Shown: piece after piece, positions 56,201 to 64,000 of the stretch | How the letters are laid out: each line of letters starts with the position of its first letter | Numbering within the stretch: position 1 is the stretch's first letter | NCBI RefSeq assembly: GCF_009914755.1 | Contig: NC_060925.1 | Length of the DNA: 64,000 bases | DNA from: the human T2T-CHM13v2.0 reference genome, Homo sapiens | Direction: 5' to 3' (one strand) | The notes under the pieces: model-generated | Seen by the model: the letters and a program-made list of their open reading frames with translations, nothing else | Told to the model about the DNA's origin: nothing | Database searches by the model: none | Position numbers and translations under genes: made by a program

Positions 56201-58810
56201 GATTATTGCATTGTGAAAAAAGTGGCAGTATGCAATACTTAACAGCCTGAAAATCAACATTTATTGGACTAGCAGTATATTTTACTCTACTGGAAAGCAG
56301 TATTTGAACAGAGCTTTTAGGTTGGAATCATATGGAATTGCCATTTTTGGAGGTCAAATATGGACAACTTCATATGGATTGATCTATACAAATTCCTTAA
56401 ACAGTCCCCACATAATGGGCAAGATATTTTTAAATAGCAAACTCATAGACAGCTTTCATTGCAGTGGGTGAGTAGAAAAGAGGTTGGGAAGAGAAAGTAT
56501 AGCATGTTAGACCACATGGGACTGGAAATAAGAAAGTCACTTGTTTTGTACAGTGGGTGGGAGAACAGGTTAATTATCAAATCTTCACTCCACCCGCAAC
56601 TTCATGAGCACTTGTGTGCACAGATGGACTCACAGGTGGATTGAAGCGTGAAAGTCTGAATCAGTCCAGAGTAATAGGAACCAGCCACTCCCAGCATGAC
56701 AGGGAGCTGCAGCTAGTGTTGCACCATGAAAAGACACAGTAAGCTCCGTAAACTCTGTGCAAACCAAACAGGACTAATGTGAGCTATGTAAATCATGGCT
56801 GATGGTGCTTCTCAAATCTAAACTTAGCGTAACTGCGGTCAGAAAGACAGATGCTTCTCTACAGCGAACATAAAATGCAGGCTGGCTTGGTGCTAAAACA
56901 GCATGATCTGCAGAAAAAACAATTACGGATGTATACAGATCTATATTAAAAGGAACAATGCCTTAGATCTATTGCTATCCTGGTGTGGGATCCCTAATAT
57001 TTATTTGGTGCTTTGCAGAATAATTCTAGGAAAGCTCTGATGTTTTTTTCTTACAGACAGATTTCTGTGCTTACCTATTGTATCACTTGAGAACTAGTTT
57101 GAATTTATGAACTAACATACTTCAGTGAGGAACAAAGCCAAAGTTCTCTACCTGAAATGTAGCTGGCTTTCTAGAACTAGTTGTTTTAGTCGTTGGCACA
57201 AGTAGCCAATGTAAGTTTTAAAAAATCATACAACCTTCAGAATCTAAATTTCTGAGAGTTGTTTTTGGCCAAATGTGATATCTGTGGTATATTAAGAAGA
57301 AGTACATCACAGATGCCATTTTGCTCTTGAGTGTGGAGCACTGACTGTGCACAACAGGGAGATAAAAGAAAAAGTAGCTCAAAAGGCAGTCATCATTTCC
57401 TTTGCTATGTGCAGTTACTGTCTCTGTGTTTGTTCACTCTAGTCGAAGAGGCGAAATGTAAAAGATACAAAGCTGCAGAGAGTTTTCGAATTATTCTCAA
57501 GGGGCTTTCCTTGTTCACTAGGAAAAATACATGGAAGGCAACTACTGCACCTAGTAAATAAAATAAAAATTTAACTTACATTGATAAAGCCCAAGGAAAT
57601 ACATCACAATGTCCTGTGGAAAAGGGTTGATTGAGTTTATGCCTTTGGCTGACTCTGAGTCTTAAGAGAACACCCACATAGCAATAACTAGTTGAAAATC
57701 AACCCAATATGGGTATACTCATGTGGAAGAGAAGCTATTCAAGAGGAGAACAATTCAGAAGAAAGTCTGGGAGGAAAGAAAGCTTAGATCCTTATAGGCA
57801 CACATTTCTTCCTACAAGGTTCCTTTTTGTCAAAAAGATTAACTGATTTTAAAAGACTTCAGTTTATTTTTCCTTAAGAATAAAAATAAAATAAATGGAA
57901 TCTTTTAAATTTATTTGCTGTGCACTGTCAGTCAAATTAAAATTTTAGCAACCCTGAAAACATCAATTCTATACAAATGGAGACTTCATGAAGAATCTAA
58001 GATTCTTTTTGCACTTAGTATACTTTTGATGTGTAGTTTATGACTCACTTTTTATACATTGTGCACATTTCACTCCCACATATCTATCATGTAAAAAAAC
58101 AATGTAAAACCAAACATCAGGTTGCTGACATCCTGATGTCAGCATCTGTGTGTAAGAAGATAATGCCAGAAAAAAGTTCTGGCAAAACTTCAAAAAAGTA
58201 GAGTCAACTTGATTCTTCCACAATTTGAATCACTTTAAAACTGTGTAAGTTCATTTCAGAGACATCCTCTGCTTCTGATTTAGTTACCAGAAATTAGTTA
58301 AACTCATATCACATGAATATTATTAGAACTATTATTAGAAAAATTTGAGGAAGCTATCACTACTAAGATTCAGGTATATTATTATAATTATTTTAAATGA
58401 AATCAAATTGGTTGCAAACATACTTCCTTCAGGGCAGATATCTGGTTTTATTTCGTAGTGTTCTTATCCATACGGTCAAAATAACTGCAAATAATAATCA
58501 TCCTACTGAATGTATTTTACTAATCATTCTTCTCCCTAGGCAATGCAAACTAGTGAAATAAAGCCAACTTCTTCCACATGGCCTAACACTGGCAGATAGC
58601 CCTACTGGCCAGATAGCAGATATGCAGATTGCATTACCTATGCCTGTTGAGTGAACGAAGTGGTTGTTTGCAATTTCATTGTAGCATATTAATCAAATAG
58701 TGGGATTCCGGCCTCTCATTTAATATTTTTCTATGTATGATATTCATTTTCAAATATCTAAGATAGGGCTGATGAAAGATTATAGACAATAATATTTCAA
58801 AACTTTTTTG

Positions 58811-59357
<547 letters not shown>

Positions 59358-59759
59358 CACATGTATGTCTTAATTTTCCTCCTCGCCACCTCCAAAATGC
59401 CTATGGACCTGTGTTCCATCTTTTCTAGGTAAAAACTGTCGCTTGTCTTTGCTGAGTCTAAAGCTGATATCTGAGCTGGTAGTTCTGTTTTCCCTGTCCT
59501 CTTACTTGATCACACTTTATGTGTAACCCCCAGACTCTTTCACATCTTCAGTTTTGCCTCCTCCACTTGCCCTGCTTCCTCCGCCTCTAAACATAGCGAT
59601 TTTCTGCTACAACATACTTTCCCTGGATCCTGTCACCATCTCAAGTTCTAAACATCTAGACTTGATAGCTAGACTGCCTGGTTTCAATTTTAGTTCTGCC
59701 TCTTATTAGCTGTGTGATGTGAAAGAGCTCCCTCAGCTATAAAATGGGCATAAACATAA

Positions 59760-59962
59760 CTGTGGTGTGTTATTAGAAACAGTTCTAGGGGCAGGTGAGA
59801 GAGGAAGCCCTGATTTGTGAGTATGCCAATTTCCATTGTGAAAATACTCCCACACTGGCTGACTTCATGCTACTAATATGACTTCACTGATCTCTGAGTT
59901 GGGATGAGATGCCCACGTTTAGCTCTGTAGAGCAAATGCCAGATGGCTCAAGCACACCACTG
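59760..59962. mobile_element. MER63-like hAT MITE inserted in a MIR (~59655-60060)
   Basis: TIRs ctgtggtgtg / cacaccactg; internal gccctgatttgt...aaatactcccac...gagttgggatgagatg. Confidence 0.75.
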
Positions 59963-60882
59963 AGTCCCCCTAGGGTTATTGTGATGATTAAGATGAAATA
60001 AGCAAAGCTCTGAGAACAGGACCTATTGCATGTAAGCATTCAGTAAGTGCTAGCTACTATTTCCTTATAGGGAGACTTAAAAAAATCCTTCCCATTTCAT
60101 TTACTTCTTAAACCTTTGGGAGCACTGTGGGGATAAAGCATGAACTTTATAGTTAAATAAACCTGATTTGAATTCTTACTTCTTCCCTCTGTGTTTCTGA
60201 CAGTTTTTTAAAAAAATATCTAAGACAGAAACAATAATGTCTACTCTTATGTTTAAGGTTGGGAAATTAACTTAGATGGCATATGTAAAGTGCTCAGAAC
60301 ATAGAAAATGTTCATTAAGTGTGCATTTGCTTAATTTTCACACTCTACTAAAATTGTCTTTAATAATCAAAACAATGCAAAACAAAAATGTATGAATCCA
60401 ATGGTGATTTCTCAGTCCTTCATCTCCTTGGCCCTTTTGCATTATTTCATGTATTTTATTACTCTCGATCTGAACTTCCATAATACTGAATCCTTTTAAG
60501 TTTTCTACCGCTTTGCTTTTATTGTCTCCTTCACTGATTTCTCTTCCTCTTTCTGCCCTCTGAAGGCAGATATTCTCTAGAGGTCTCTTTTCTTTGTTTC
60601 TTCATCAATCTTTTTCACTGCTCCTGCTCTGGTGTTTGCCTCTAAGCCACACTTGGTCTCTAATGTTGACCTTCCTTTTGGATTCCATCACACATTTTTA
60701 GAGAACAGTCAAATTCAGCAGGGTTTCGCCAGAGATAATCCCTTCACTTTGGGAATATCACTTTCCAAGATCCAACAATCCTCATGACCATTTTCAGTGA
60801 CTTTTTTTCATAACACACTTTTATTTCCCATCATAATTTATTTTCACCTCCAAATACACACCTGTCACTCTCTTTAGAAGAC

Positions 60883-64000
<3,118 letters not shown>

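Noticed and set aside
55000-58800. TE-poor AT-rich stretch as a hidden gene or ncRNA
   Set aside because: No recognisable exon structure, tRNA/snRNA/snoRNA motif or meaningful ORF; conservation data would be needed

Overview
Human (simian-primate) genomic DNA. The first ~3.8 kb is the 3' end of CENPF on the + strand: last intron, terminal coding exon 2816-3019 ending in the CKVQ CAAX farnesylation motif, and a ~770-nt 3' UTR with two poly(A) signals. The other ~60 kb is gene-poor and repeat-dense. It holds Alu, MIR, L1 and L2 elements, solo LTRs (LTR12, MLT1, MLT2, MST, THE1) and DNA transposons (a full-length decayed Tigger1, Tigger3b, MER3, MER63). A four-level nested TE block spans 40.7-54.8 kb. 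I found no other protein-coding gene, RNA gene or convincing novel biological system; nearly all ORFs in the track come from repeats or low-complexity sequence. The best second-look items are an intact LTR12 promoter pointing antisense into CENPF, three Pumilio elements plus tandem poly(A) sites in the UTR, and a possible alternative last exon that also ends in Cys-x-x-x. Also notable are a ~300-bp GAA/GGA tract, perfect 86-bp and 79-bp tandem repeats, a 98-bp spaced duplication, a perfect 24-bp palindrome rich in forkhead motifs, and a micro-inversion inside an L2. Repeat subfamily names come from recognising consensus sequence by eye; boundaries without a stated TSD are approximate.
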